From positions 1-64,000 of the forward strand of contig NIVC01002923.1 of NCBI GenBank assembly GCA_002269645.1: a DNA stretch of 64,000 nucleotides, read 5' to 3'. The position numbers were made by a program, and so were the translations under genes. Shown one piece after another: positions 1-11,900 of the stretch. The stretch comes from Macrostomum lignano (Eukaryota). How positions within the stretch are numbered: position 1 is the first letter of the stretch; the number at the start of each line of letters is the position of its first letter. The notes beneath the pieces were generated by a model, which worked only from the letters and a program-made list of their open reading frames with translations, did not search any database and was not told the DNA's origin.

Positions 1-2332
1 AAAATAAAATAGTAAAACAGTAAATAGTATAATAATGGAGTAACTTACTGGATAGCAAAGCTAAGGATTAACAATTTGTTGGCCTAGCATACTACTTATG
101 CTACTTACGAGCATAAGTAGAGGGTAAAGAACACAATAAGCTGCCCACGAAACGATTGAGTTACCTACCAATTAGCTAGCTATTAGTGAGATAAATTGTG
201 CTACAGAGAAATGACCCATAACTATTTTATGATATGCAAAATCCTTTACAAAGAAAGTAAATAAATTAAAGTAAACCTTTATTGAAATAATCCATGTAGA
301 GAAATTGCCCTGCGCAAGATTCTATTATTTAAGTTAAAGCAAAACGGCAATAAATAAGTGTTTATGTAACAAACAAATAAAAAAAATAAGCACAGCAACT
401 GTAAGACTTTGAAGTAATACAAAGCGCTTTATCATTTGAAAAGTGAAAGAAAATGTTGTCGGACAATATTCAATTTCACAATAAGTCAATAAAACATAAT
501 AGTGCACTCGTGTTTGTCAATTACAAAAACGGCATTACGCAAATAGATAAGTGAGTTGAGTAGTTAATTGAGATCTATCAGTTACAAAATTTCCGTGGAG
601 TCACGAGGGATAAATAAATAAACGGTTTACTTTGAACTGTATTAAACAATTTATTGCTGTACTGAGTCGCCAATAATAAAAAAGTTTCTCTCTCTTTCTT
701 AGTCTGAAAATTCGGGCTGGTCGGTGCAGTAATGCAGTTACGAGCGTAATCGGCACATACTGGACTTTAAGTGAATCCGTCCTTCCTATATGCATGTACA
801 TGGCGTAGTAGGTTCGGGCCATTAAAACTTTATTTAGCAAATTTTAAATAGCTACGAGTGTACGCAGCCGCGAGTGAGTGAAGCGGTTAGGTTTATCGAT
901 TTTTTCAACCCTACAGTCCTAGATTTTCTAACCACGGCTATTGGCTACGCCGCTCTGGCTAGAGGTGGCTGAGGCTTATCGATTTTATTATCTGTTTTTA
1001 AAACCCCAACCATTAATCTTTTCTAACCTCCGATAGCCTCATAATGAATGGCTATAGGCTAAGCAGACTTCTAGCCACAACGGCGGCCTGACTGACTGGG
1101 GTAATTGAGGAATATCGATTTTTTTGTGTTTTCCACCCTAGCCTCTAACCCCGATAACCATGCTAGGCTTATCGGTTAACAGACGTGAACTTTTAATCGT
1201 TTTGTTATTAACTACGCTACCCCACTTCACGAAGTGTGTTGATAATACAAGACACGGAATCAAGTTATTTTGTACAACTCCTAGGACAGGGCAGGGCCCA
1301 TACATTATAAAGTAACAAGCTGTAGGTGTAGATTATTAAACTGACAAAAACGATACTGAATTAAAATATAAAGGATACGTTAGTTGAGAGCAATAAACGC
1401 CTGATTAAAATGTCAGGTAAGTGCATTTGCAAAGATTAACGACAGGACAGGGAGATAAAATATTGAAATACACTCAGTACTTGTGATTGAATGAACAAAC
1501 TGTAAAGATGCATAGTTGCGAACTATAAGCAACTGTCAAAACTCTGATGAATGCAGAAATACGAGCAAATACGTACAACTTGGACTGTCATGCTGATAAG
1601 AAAATTGTCATTGAGAAACTGCACACAGAAACACGTGCATGGACTTCCGTCGCTCCCGCCTCAACTCAAAATGCAAGCAAGATCAATTTTAATAAAACTC
1701 CCTAAACACCAGTATTGATTATTTATTGATAGGTACAAATATATAAATAGATTTTTGGTCTACTAAAAAACTTGAAAACAGCACAATAAAGATGTGACAA
1801 TGTGGACTCTCACCGAGTAGTGCATAGTTGACACACTGCTTGCAGATATAAGACGTTTATAAAAAAATAAACATAAAGCAGTGGAAAAATCAAGGATTTA
1901 GCTTTATATATGTATTATCGTAAGGAATCAAAGAAAATAAACAGGATTGTGGGCGTTGAGTGAGCAACCAGTGGTTTAGTACAACTTAATACAAAAATAT
2001 AAGTGATTTGTTTGAAAATAAATCGGCTATATGATGCCTAAATAGTGACAAAAATACGTGTCATATGTGATTATAATAAACACAGGTAAAGATTAACAAA
2101 CAGCATGTACAGGTTACAGATACAATGTGACATGCAGAGTTTAGATATGATATATAAATGCTCAGAAGCACACAAAAAACAATCTTATCGAAAGTTTAGA
2201 TTATTTTAACTTGGCTGACAGTGATTGTGACAGGAAAAAGTTGCGGGCAGGAAGAAGGGCTATTATATACATGCGCACAAAAAAGTACACAGCTGGTCAT
2301 GCAATCGAGACTAAGATAAGCGGCGTCACGAA

Positions 2333-5300
2333 TCACTTAACAGCCCAAGAGCAGGTGGGATTAATCTTGAGCAGGTAATAAATCTGTGTGTTACCGGGCA
2401 GCCGGCGCTCATTGATGTTGCCGCCAACCTCGTACAGGGAGGTGGTGGAGGGGTCGCAGCCCAGCCCGTGAAGAACTTCGGCAGCGGTGGTGGACGGCGA
2501 GATTGGAACCAGCTGGCTGCGGTTGGTGCTGGCCTGGTGAACACTGATGCTTACCTTGGTGAGAGGGGGTGAAGTGGTCAGGTATGGGAAGTTGCTTGAT
2601 TAGCGCCGAAGTGTGCAGGAGTGGGCAAGCGGCCTACTTTTACTAAAGGCTGTTAGTGAATTTGGGAGGCTACTGAAGGATCTGAGAGGCTACTAAAATC
2701 TGACGGGCTGTTGAAGGATCTGATGAACAGATAAGTTTAGATCTATTTATAGATCTAAAAGGGGTCACTAAAAACAGGGGATTAGATTACTGAATTAGGA
2801 TCAGATAAGACAGCTGAAGTATCGGATGAGACAGCTGAAGTATCGGATGGGACAGCTGAAGTATCGGATAAGACAGCTGAAGTATCGGATGAGACAGCTG
2901 AAGTATCGGATGGGACAGCTGAAGTATCGGATAAGACAGCTGATGTATTGGATGGGGCAGCTGAAGTATCGGATAAGACAGCTGAAGTATCGGATGGGAC
3001 AGCTGAAGTATCGGATGGGACAGCTGAAGTATCGGATGGGGCAGCTGAAGTATCGGATAAGACAGCTGATGTATTGGATGGGGCAGCTGAAGTATCGGAT
3101 GAGACAGCTGAAGTATCGGATGGGACAGCTGAAGTATCGGATGAGACAGCTGAAGTATCGGATGGGACAGCTGAAGTATCGGATGGGGCAGCTGAAGTAT
3201 CGGATGGGACAGCTGAAGTATCGGATGAGACAGCTGAAGTATCGGATGGGGCAGCTGAAGTATCGGATGAGACAGCTGAAGTATCGGATGGGACAGCTGA
3301 AGTATCGGATGAGACAGCTGAAGTATCGGATGGGACAGCTGAAGTATCGGATGAGACAGCTGAAGTATCGGATGGGACAGCTGAAGTATCGGATGGGACA
3401 GCTGAAGTATCGGATGGGACAGCTGAAGTATCGGATGAGACAGCTGAAGTATCGGATGGGACAGCTGAAGTATCGGATGAGACAGCTGAAGTATCGGATG
3501 GGACAGCTGAAGTATCGGATGGGACAGCTGAAGTATCGGATGAGACAGCTGAAGTATCGGATGGGACAGCTGAAGTATCGGATGGGACAACATGCGACAA
3601 CTCACCTGCTGGTTTTGGATCGATGTCGCAGAAGTTGAGCTGTTAAACACCGGACTGTCAACAACTGCAGCTGCCAGAGAGGATACGGGCGTTTTTGCTG
3701 CAGCAGCAGCTGCCTGCTTGCGCAACAGTTTGGCCGCCTTCTTGGCGCTGCTGGCGCCGCCGCCGCTGGTGCTGGCAAGCTGGCTTAATTTATTAGGCGG
3801 CTCGCGCAACTGTTTAATTAGAAACTCTGGCACGCTCCACACTATGGTGCGATATTTAATGAGCATCTCAACTAATCCGATTAGATTGCCAGTCTCAGCC
3901 AACAGATTGGCGCCTTCTCGTTGCGCTTTCTTCGAAGATTGAATGGCGAATAAATTTGGCGCCATGACGGTTGCTATGGCTTTCAGATTCATTCGATTGT
4001 GCTTGTGCTGCTCGATTACCTGACAGAGGGTGAATTGTGTGTGGGAGATCGAATATCATACTGATTAAGCTGAAGCTCAACTTACACAGGACTTCGCGCC
4101 GATGGGCTAGGGAGGGAGCGGGTAAGATAGAGAATAGCTGGGGCAGGGAGTAGGGAGAGAATAGCTGGGGCAGGGGGTAGGGAGAGAATAGCTGGGGCAG
4201 GGGGTAAGGGAGAGAAAACAGGCAAAGAAAACTTGGGGTGGTTGAATATAGAGACCCAATTTCAAATCACGATATGTGGAAAAAAACTCTACACTAAAAC
4301 TTAGGGTTGAAAAAAAACAATCAAGAAATGCGCAAATCATTTTCATGAGACAGACGCGCACCTTAGCAAACAAGTCGACCATCAGGCGCAGCGTGCTACA
4401 ATTAGGCGTTGGCAACAGCAGCACAAGCAGATTAAGGCCTAACAATCTGTCCATATCGTGCTGAATACAGCGCAGTTTTAAATAGAAATCTGCATAGGCT
4501 GTTGAAGTCAGCGGCTCGGGCAGCTCACGCAGGAAGGCCTTCAACAGGCCGGCTAGGTCGTGCCAGTCAGCGGTCAGACGCTGATGCTGCTGCTCGGTGT
4601 CGGCCATCAGCGCCTTGATGCCGGCTGACTCGGCCCGCTCCCTGGCCTGGCGGATTCTCTGCAGCGAGCCGGGGACGCGGAACAGGCCTTCGGTGCGCAG
4701 CGCTTCCGGCCGTTCAAGCTGACCGACAATCCAGCGGACCAGCTGAGGCACCCCGTCGCTACTGGAGCTGCCGCTCTCCTTAGCAACCAGCTGGTCAAGC
4801 GGCACGCCGAAACAGCTGGCAACAACAGAGCGCCGCGAAGCCGACCGGCCGCGTGACGACGGCTTCCTAAACGCCGGATCGCAGTCGTATTTATCGAACA
4901 GGGCGGCCAGCTCCAGGTGGGCCAGAGCTCGAATCTGCTGCCTATCTGGCTCGCTGAAATCGAATATGCTGGCATTGCCCAGGCGGTTGTTGGGCAGTAC
5001 GAAGGTCGGGTATTGCTCAAGGCCCGACGTGGCAACAGGTGTAGCACCGCTGCTGCTTACAGATGGAGCCTGTGAGGGAGAGGACAGAGAAAAACAGTGA
5101 AACGAGTAGTAGCGTGTGGTCCGTGTGGAATTAAAACAATTTTTGAAGGCCGATCGATTGTAATTTGTCAAATTGAAAATAAATAATAAAAGATGACAAT
5201 AAAAATAAGCCCCTGATCCTCTGGCAAGGCGGCCAGGTGTGACAGACAGCGACACGGTCTGTATGATAATTACCTGATCTGCGTGTAGTGGCGTTGCCCC

Positions 5301-5957
5301 GGCAACAGGCGCTGCAGTTCGTCCCGTCACTTGCAGCAGATCGTCCTCCGAGTCGCCGGTGTCCTCCGATCCGGTGTCCGCGTCGGCAACGCCCGAAGTT
5401 GCCGCTGCTGTCCCGGCGACCCCAGCCTCGCTGAACAGCTGTCTAACATCCTGCCTAGAGGCCAGGCCTCGTTTAGCTTTCAAAGTAGCGATCCGCTTCA
5501 TCACGGCATTGAGCTGCTTCCTGCTCATTCTTTGATAGTGCGCGTCTAGTGCCGAATCTGCGGCGCTTAAATCGGCCCCAGCTTGATGATCGCCGATGGC
5601 GTTTGACGATGCCGTCGACGCTGACTCGGTCGACGTTGACATTGGCGACGATTGCAATAGTCGGCGAGCGATGTCGGCCAGCAGCGGTGAGCCGGTCTGT
5701 TCGAGCCAGTCCGCCGCGCTCTCGGCTTCGTCCGGGGTGCGCGAGTCCAGCTCATCATCGTCAGACTGGTAGCCGGCACCGTTGCGCCAGCTGCGGACGG
5801 CCGCAAGCTCGGCCGCGAACTCGCCGCTGCTACTGCTCGCTCGCTGCACAGGCCGCTGTCGGCGCCGCCGCCGCCGCCGCCGCCGTTTTGGCTGCCGTTT
5901 TTGCCCAGTTGCTGTGCCTTGGCAGCCTATAGGCGGGGGGGGGGAGTTAACGAGCAT
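2333..5957 (-). CDS. RhoGAP, ARHGAP18/28/40 (conundrum)-like, 4 exons, ~675 aa
   Basis: Exons 5957-5274, 5069-4362, 4019-3606 and 2554-2333 all have GT-AG junctions in phase 0 and total 2028 nt. RhoGAP motifs: FGVPL..., TEGLFRVPGS (arginine finger), LLKAFLRELPEPL, NRMNLKAIATVMAPNLF. The C-terminus LYEVGGNINERRLP...INPTCSWAVK resembles the ARHGAP18/28/40 tail. Confidence 0.9.
2804..3589. repeat. 21-bp minisatellite (gacagctgaagtatcggatgg) in RhoGAP intron 3
   Basis: About 37 near-identical tandem units. They explain the repetitive ORFs 2782-3646. Confidence 0.97.
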
Positions 5958-6794
5958 AGTAGCTGGGCCTGTGCCTGAACTGAACGTTAAAAAGTAATCT
6001 ACGCTACATATCGGTAGCTGATCTAGTCTGGGTAAGACTCTACCACCCGTCAATTCTTCTAAATCCCTCTTTGAGAACTCCTCCTGAACTCTTAAAAGCA
6101 ATTTACGCTACATGTCGGTAGTGGGCTATTCGGGAAAACTACTTCGTACTATATCCTGATGTCTATCTAGTCAAGGCAGCACTCTTAAGACACTAATTAC
6201 TAAATGATTAAATTACTTAAACTTTTTACGCTACATATCGGTAGTCAATAATCACATTATATATAATAGTTAGACTTTATTTATCAACATAAAATAGGTA
6301 TATGATCATATGATTATACGTAATGTATTGACATACAAAGACCGAAAAGAAGATGCCTCATAATACAAGACCAACTTATACCAAATTACAGTATATAAGT
6401 AGCCGCAGCTGGCAGATGCTTGCTTGAAGAGTTTAAAAATGGCGCAGACGAAGATTAAGAGACTCTGTTTTTATATTATAAAGTTTGGATCCCGATAGCT
6501 TTAATAAAACTCAATACAAGTCAGGCGAATTGAAAGCTACTCGAGTATATATATGCTACTAACAATAGCAGTAAATTCCGCGGATCGCATTGAAAAACAT
6601 TTATATTAGGCGGCAAAAATAATCTATAACTAACATAATAAAACCAGTTATATTGAGATCATTGGATATAAGCTGTGAAAATCATAAATTCCATTCCATT
6701 AGTAACGACAACCAAATTTTAATAATACTGCGAACATCAAAACGGAGATAGAACACAAATATTACTGGAGGTCCTGGGTTCGATTTCTCTCCCC

Positions 6795-7445
6795 TTAGCC
6801 GCTGCGCGAATCGCAGGACGCCAGCATTAGCTGATAGACAGTCTCCAATCGCTGGTCCAGCACCGCAGAGAATTCTTTCAACCAAAATGCAGAAGTTTCC
6901 GATTGCCTAGTTGCCAGACTGACCGTTGACATCATAGATGCGATATTACTGTTCACTCTGCCGCTGGCTACATCGCCCCCTGCGCCAACCGTCATTAGTA
7001 AACTAGTATTAGTAGCAGGCTGATTCTGACAATCGGATGTTAGAGTGATAGCTCGCAGCTGGTCTCGCAGGGTATCAGCCATAGACAGTGCGCATTCGTG
7101 CGCGGCTCCGATGATAGAATGCATCCACAGGGCGGCCTCGGTGGCAGACGAGGCGGTCAGATGATAAACGGTTGGAGCGTCCTGATAGGACAGGCAGAAT
7201 GTGGCAGCCTGGTCCCGACTGTCCGACGGTTCAACCATGTGTCCGGCTAGCAGCAGGGCGCCAACCGGCTGATCATCCTGCGGCTTATCCAGGTAGTAGA
7301 GAAAGTTGCCGCACAGTTTGAAATAGTACCGCTTCTCGCTGCCGCCGCCGCTGGCTGTCACTCGCCGCATCCGTAGGTAGCCTTCGCGACTGCATCGACG
7401 GCGCTGACAGAGCCGCTGCAGTGTTTTCTCATTTAGCACTCGCAT
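6795..7445 (-). CDS. PH-domain protein, PLEKHJ1/sesquipedalian-like, single exon, ~216 aa
   Basis: The ATG at 7445 opens MRVLNEKTLQRL, followed by EGYL, KRYYFKLCGNFLYY, QPVGALLL and EAALWMHSI (PH terminal helix Trp). It resembles PLEKHJ1 as I recall it (MRYNEKELQAL...KLVVNFLFYF...EPVGALLL). A pyrimidine-rich AG lies just upstream of the ATG. Confidence 0.8.
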   Translation of the reverse strand: MRVLNEKTLQRLCQRRRCSREGYLRMRRVTASGGGSEKRYYFKLCGNFLYYLDKPQDDQPVGALLLAGHMVEPSDSRDQAATFCLSYQDAPTVYHLTASSATEAALWMHSIIGAAHECALSMADTLRDQLRAITLTSDCQNQPATNTSLLMTVGAGGDVASGRVNSNIASMMSTVSLATRQSETSAFWLKEFSAVLDQRLETVYQLMLASCDSRSG

Positions 7446-7565
7446 GCCGATCGGCCTGACTGGCTGAGAAATAATTAGGGTCACTTGTGTTAGGTGGGCA
7501 TTAAGCAATAGAGCAATGTCGGTAGGAGCTGTCACTCCAGTGCAATATGCTATGGGGCAAGTGGA

Positions 7566-8205
7566 GCTAGGGTAGACGGGCTACAGACTGGGGGTAGACG
7601 GGCTACAGACTGGGGGTAGATGGGGTACAGACTGGGGGTAGATGGGGTACAGACAGACTGGGGTAGACGGGCTACAGACTGGGGGTAGATGGGTACAGAC
7701 TGAGGGTAGTTGGGGTACAGACTGGGGGTAGATGGGGTACAGACAGACTGGGGGTAGATGGGGTACAGACTGGGGGTAGTTGGGGTACAGACTGGGGTAG
7801 ATGGGGTACAGACTGGGGGTAGTTGGGGTACAGACTGGGGGTAGTTGGGGTACAGACTGGGGGTAGTTGGGGTACAGACTGGGGGTAGATGGGGTACAGA
7901 CTGGGGGTAGTTGGGGTACAGACTGGGGGTAGATGGGGTACAGACTGAGGGTAGATGGGGTACAGACTGGGGGTAGATGGGGTACAGACTGGGGGTAGAT
8001 GGGGTACAGACTGGGGGTAGTTGGGGTACAGACTGGGGGTAGATGGGGTACAGACTGAGGGTAGTTGGGGTACAGACTGGGGGTAGATGGGGTACAGACT
8101 GGGGGTAGTTGGGGTACAGACTGGGGGTAGATGGGGTACAGACAGACTGGGGGTAGATGGGGTACAGATTGGGATAAATGGGGTACAGACTGAGGGTAGA
8201 TGGGG
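7566..8205. repeat. 22-bp G-rich minisatellite (cagactgggggtagatggggta)
   Basis: Tandem units lie between the PH gene and the large upstream gene. They explain ORF 7581-8375. Confidence 0.95.
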
Positions 8206-8982
8206 GATGAGAATTGAATGTAATTATAAAAATAAATAAAAGGCATAAAAAGACGCAGAGCTTTAGTGCAATAGCTATATAGAAGTATAAAAAGTGGCAT
8301 ATCTCTAATTATAAACTTCAGCCCAATGAATAAGACACATTTATTGAGACAGAGCAACAGTGTATCGCAGTGCAATAAAAACCTACTGAAAGGAATCGAG
8401 GGGCAAAATAAAAAATAGATAATAATGTTGAAAATACAAATTAGGGTTATTGAAGCCGATTCAAAGTGGGCCTGAAAAATAGGAAAAAATGGTTTCTATA
8501 AAAATAGGATACAACAGCATCCATACGATATGACTATCAAAATTTCGATCATGTTAACACAGCCTTAGTTGCAATGTGACAGAAAAGCTAGTTTTAATCA
8601 ATTATAAGCCTTTAATAGCATGCATGTAGCCTATCAAAGATAGAGATTATATTAAATTAAATCGACATAATCCCCGGAGCGCAACAACGAAGTACGAGCG
8701 TAATGTACGTTTGCTGTGTCCTGACTAAGGTAAAAAACCAGTGTTTTTACTAATAGTAGAGTATTGAATACATTTTAAGCATTTTTCTTATATTTCTACA
8801 ATTAGTAGAAAGTCTATGAGAGCTCATTATATAAATTTCATACGTGTAATATTTGGCTATTTTGCTATTTATACTGTATGTAAAGCGCCACAACGAGAAT
8901 TTCGCGGCGATTTATCTGTTAGAAGGATTAGTCTCCTCTAGGCCTAGGCCTTCTCTAGGCACAATTTAGTCACGCGATACTA

Positions 8983-11900
8983 CTAGGAAGCCAAAGCACC
9001 GGCCCGGTCGGCCAGCCGGCGCTGCTCTGACTCGGCCAGCTCAGCGCAGCAAACGGCTCCGTAGCCGTCTCTAAAGTACACCCGACCAGGAAGCGAGTCC
9101 GGCTCGCAATAGAAACTGTGCGGACCGGCGCCAAGGCCAGGCAGGAAGCTGAGCAGCTGGCCGGACCAATTAAACAGGTACAGCACCTCCTGGCGGAGCG
9201 GCTGCTCATCCGATGCGGCGTCCGATTCGGCGTCGGCATTGCCGAACACCTGGGCTAGGGGAGCGGCGCACACTAGCAAGCCGACATTCGGCACGCATCT
9301 GGCTTCGCGCGCCTGGCCGGGGACAGCGGCAGCGCAGACAACTCGAACTCGATGACCTGCCTCATCGTTAGCAGGCGTATCTAACACGTATACGTTGCCT
9401 TGAACTGACAGGACGGTGCGGAATCCGCTGCCATTGGCTAATGGCTGCTCCTCCAGGGTGCGGTAGCAGCGAATCTCACTCTGGGCCTGCAGGGTCTGGC
9501 CAGCCTGCCAGTTCAGTGCGTGTACGTTTGGCACCTGGCCATGGCAAGGGTGGGGAATTTCTTATATAAGCTGTGCGATTACTAATTACTTATTAATGAG
9601 CACATCGCACTGGAAAAACAGCTCTATAGACCTCTAGTTAATCTCTATAGGCGACAAGCTAATCTCTATAGGCGACAAGCTAATCTCTATAGGCGACAAG
9701 CTAATCTCTATAGGCGATATGCTAATCTCTATAAGCGACAAGCTAATCTCCATAGGCGAGAAGCTAATCTCTATAGGCGACAAGCTAATCTCTATAGGCG
9801 ACGAGCTAATTTCTATAGGCAACGAGCTAATTTCTATAGGCGAGAAGCTAATATTCATAGGTGACAAGCCAATCTCCATAGGCGACAAGCTAAGAATCAC
9901 ACTGCAATAATCTAAATGTTATATTCATTGTTAATCTGATTCTATCTTAAGGTAATTGCTACAAATAAAGACTACTCTAGCTCGAGGTCACTCAGCTCCA
10001 GACTACTCAAGCTAAACAAAACTAAGACAGCCGACGCCCACGCACCGAAGGCACTCGAAATCCATAGAGATCATCTCCAACAGCCTGGTTGCCGCACAGT
10101 TCAACAAAATTTCGACAGTCGTCAGCTATGGGCACGGCATCGAATGTGTCGGGATTCAGCAGAGCCAGCCGATCCGGCAAGAACACAGCCAGAAGGCGAC
10201 CGCAGTCAGTCAGCCACTGGATGCCCAGAATGATGCGAGAATAAGCTAGATTATTGCTAGTAGGAATTTCGTCTTCTGAAGCCGCCGCTGCGTCCACTTT
10301 AGCGACGTCTGTCTTCGTGTCCTCGTCGCTGCCATCTTCGTGTCCACTCTCAGGCGACCAGGTGCAGCGAACCAGTCTGGTAATATCCGGCGTACGCAAC
10401 AGATCCAAGCCTTCAACGGAGAACAATGCGTTGCCTACAATAGCGTGGCCAAACAGCGCCCAGCAGCCGATGCTCCAAGCCTCATCTAGAGCTTGGCGCC
10501 TAGACAAAATTTCAGCCTGCCGTTTTACAACGGCATCCTCGCCAAGGTAGGGACTGGAGAACAGGCGAAGGCCGTCAGAGCTGCAAGCTGTCACAAAGCA
10601 GCGCTGGGATTCGTGATGCCGAACGGCCAAATCCGATTTAAGGAATCTGCGCCTGCCAGCTCTGGGCATGAACGATGTCGAAAGGGATATTGAAGCGCCA
10701 AAGAAATTACTGAGAGACTGATGCCATGAAGCGCTGCATAGTGTCGGATTCTCCGGTGTCATCAAAGCGACGTGCTCGCGCTCGGAGCTGGCAACGAACA
10801 GGCGCGGCCTGCACCCAGTTGAATCCTCATCGGTGCACCTGACGTACACGTGACAGGTGGCTAGGATTGAATCCACTTGAGAATTGATATACGCTTTAGA
10901 CCGGTCACATGGACAGCTGTGATGGTAGTGCAGAATAAAGCCGCTCTGCACAGTGCTGACATCTAGCAGAACTGTCAGCTCCTGCTGCCCGCTGTACACG
11001 TAATCGTCCAGGCGCGGACGGCGACGGCCTCCGCCGGCTTGCCGACCTTTGGATCCTGGCGAACAGGTGGGATTTATAATCTAAATATCTAATTTATAAC
11101 AATATAAAACTTGTAACAAGACTGAGAAAAAGACATGCATAGGCAAGATAGACATTCTGATACAGGTATGTGCACAAAGGTAAACCTGTGGTTGACAATT
11201 CGGCACCTGGCCATTGCAAGACAAAATTAATATAAACATATTGATAGAAATATAGACAGAAATATCTGTAGAGTAAGGCACACCTAGACAGACAGGTGGA
11301 CAAATATAGTTAGACAGACACAAGTTGACAGACATAGGTGGACACAGACGTAGTCAGACACAGCGAGACAGACAAACAGCTAGATAGACACAACTAGACG
11401 GACACAGCTAGACAGACACAGCTGAACACTGAACAGACACACAGCTAGACAGGCACACAGTTAGACAGACACACAGCTAGACAGACACAAAGCTGCATGG
11501 ACAGGCACACAGCTAGACAGGCACACAGCTAGACAGGCACACAGCTAGACAGGCACACAGCTAGACAGGCACACAGCTAGACAGGCACACAGCTAGACAG
11601 GCACACAGTTAGACAGACACAGCTGAACACTGAACAGACACACAGCTAGACAGGCACACAGTTAGACAGACACACAGCTAGACAGACACACAGCTGGACA
11701 GACACACAACTGGACAGGCACACAGCTAGACAGACACACAGCTAGACAGACACAAAGCTGCATGGACAGGCACACAGCTAGACAGACACACAGCTGGACA
11801 GGCACACAGCTAGACAGGCACACAGCTAGACAGGCACACAGCTAGACAGGCACACAGCTGGACAGGCACACAGCTAGACAGACACACAGCTAGACAGGCA

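Noticed and set aside
601-840. Short ORFs in AT-rich DNA (also 24019-24362, 27551-29840, 32903-33930)
   Set aside because: They have no motifs, non-coding composition and mostly non-ATG starts.
2782-3646. Long repetitive ORFs (also 7581-8375, 40543-42981, 46426-47139, 49668-50191, 53745-54532, 56075-56912)
   Set aside because: They are translations of minisatellites, open in several frames at once. Most lie inside introns defined by in-phase splice sites; the rest are intergenic.
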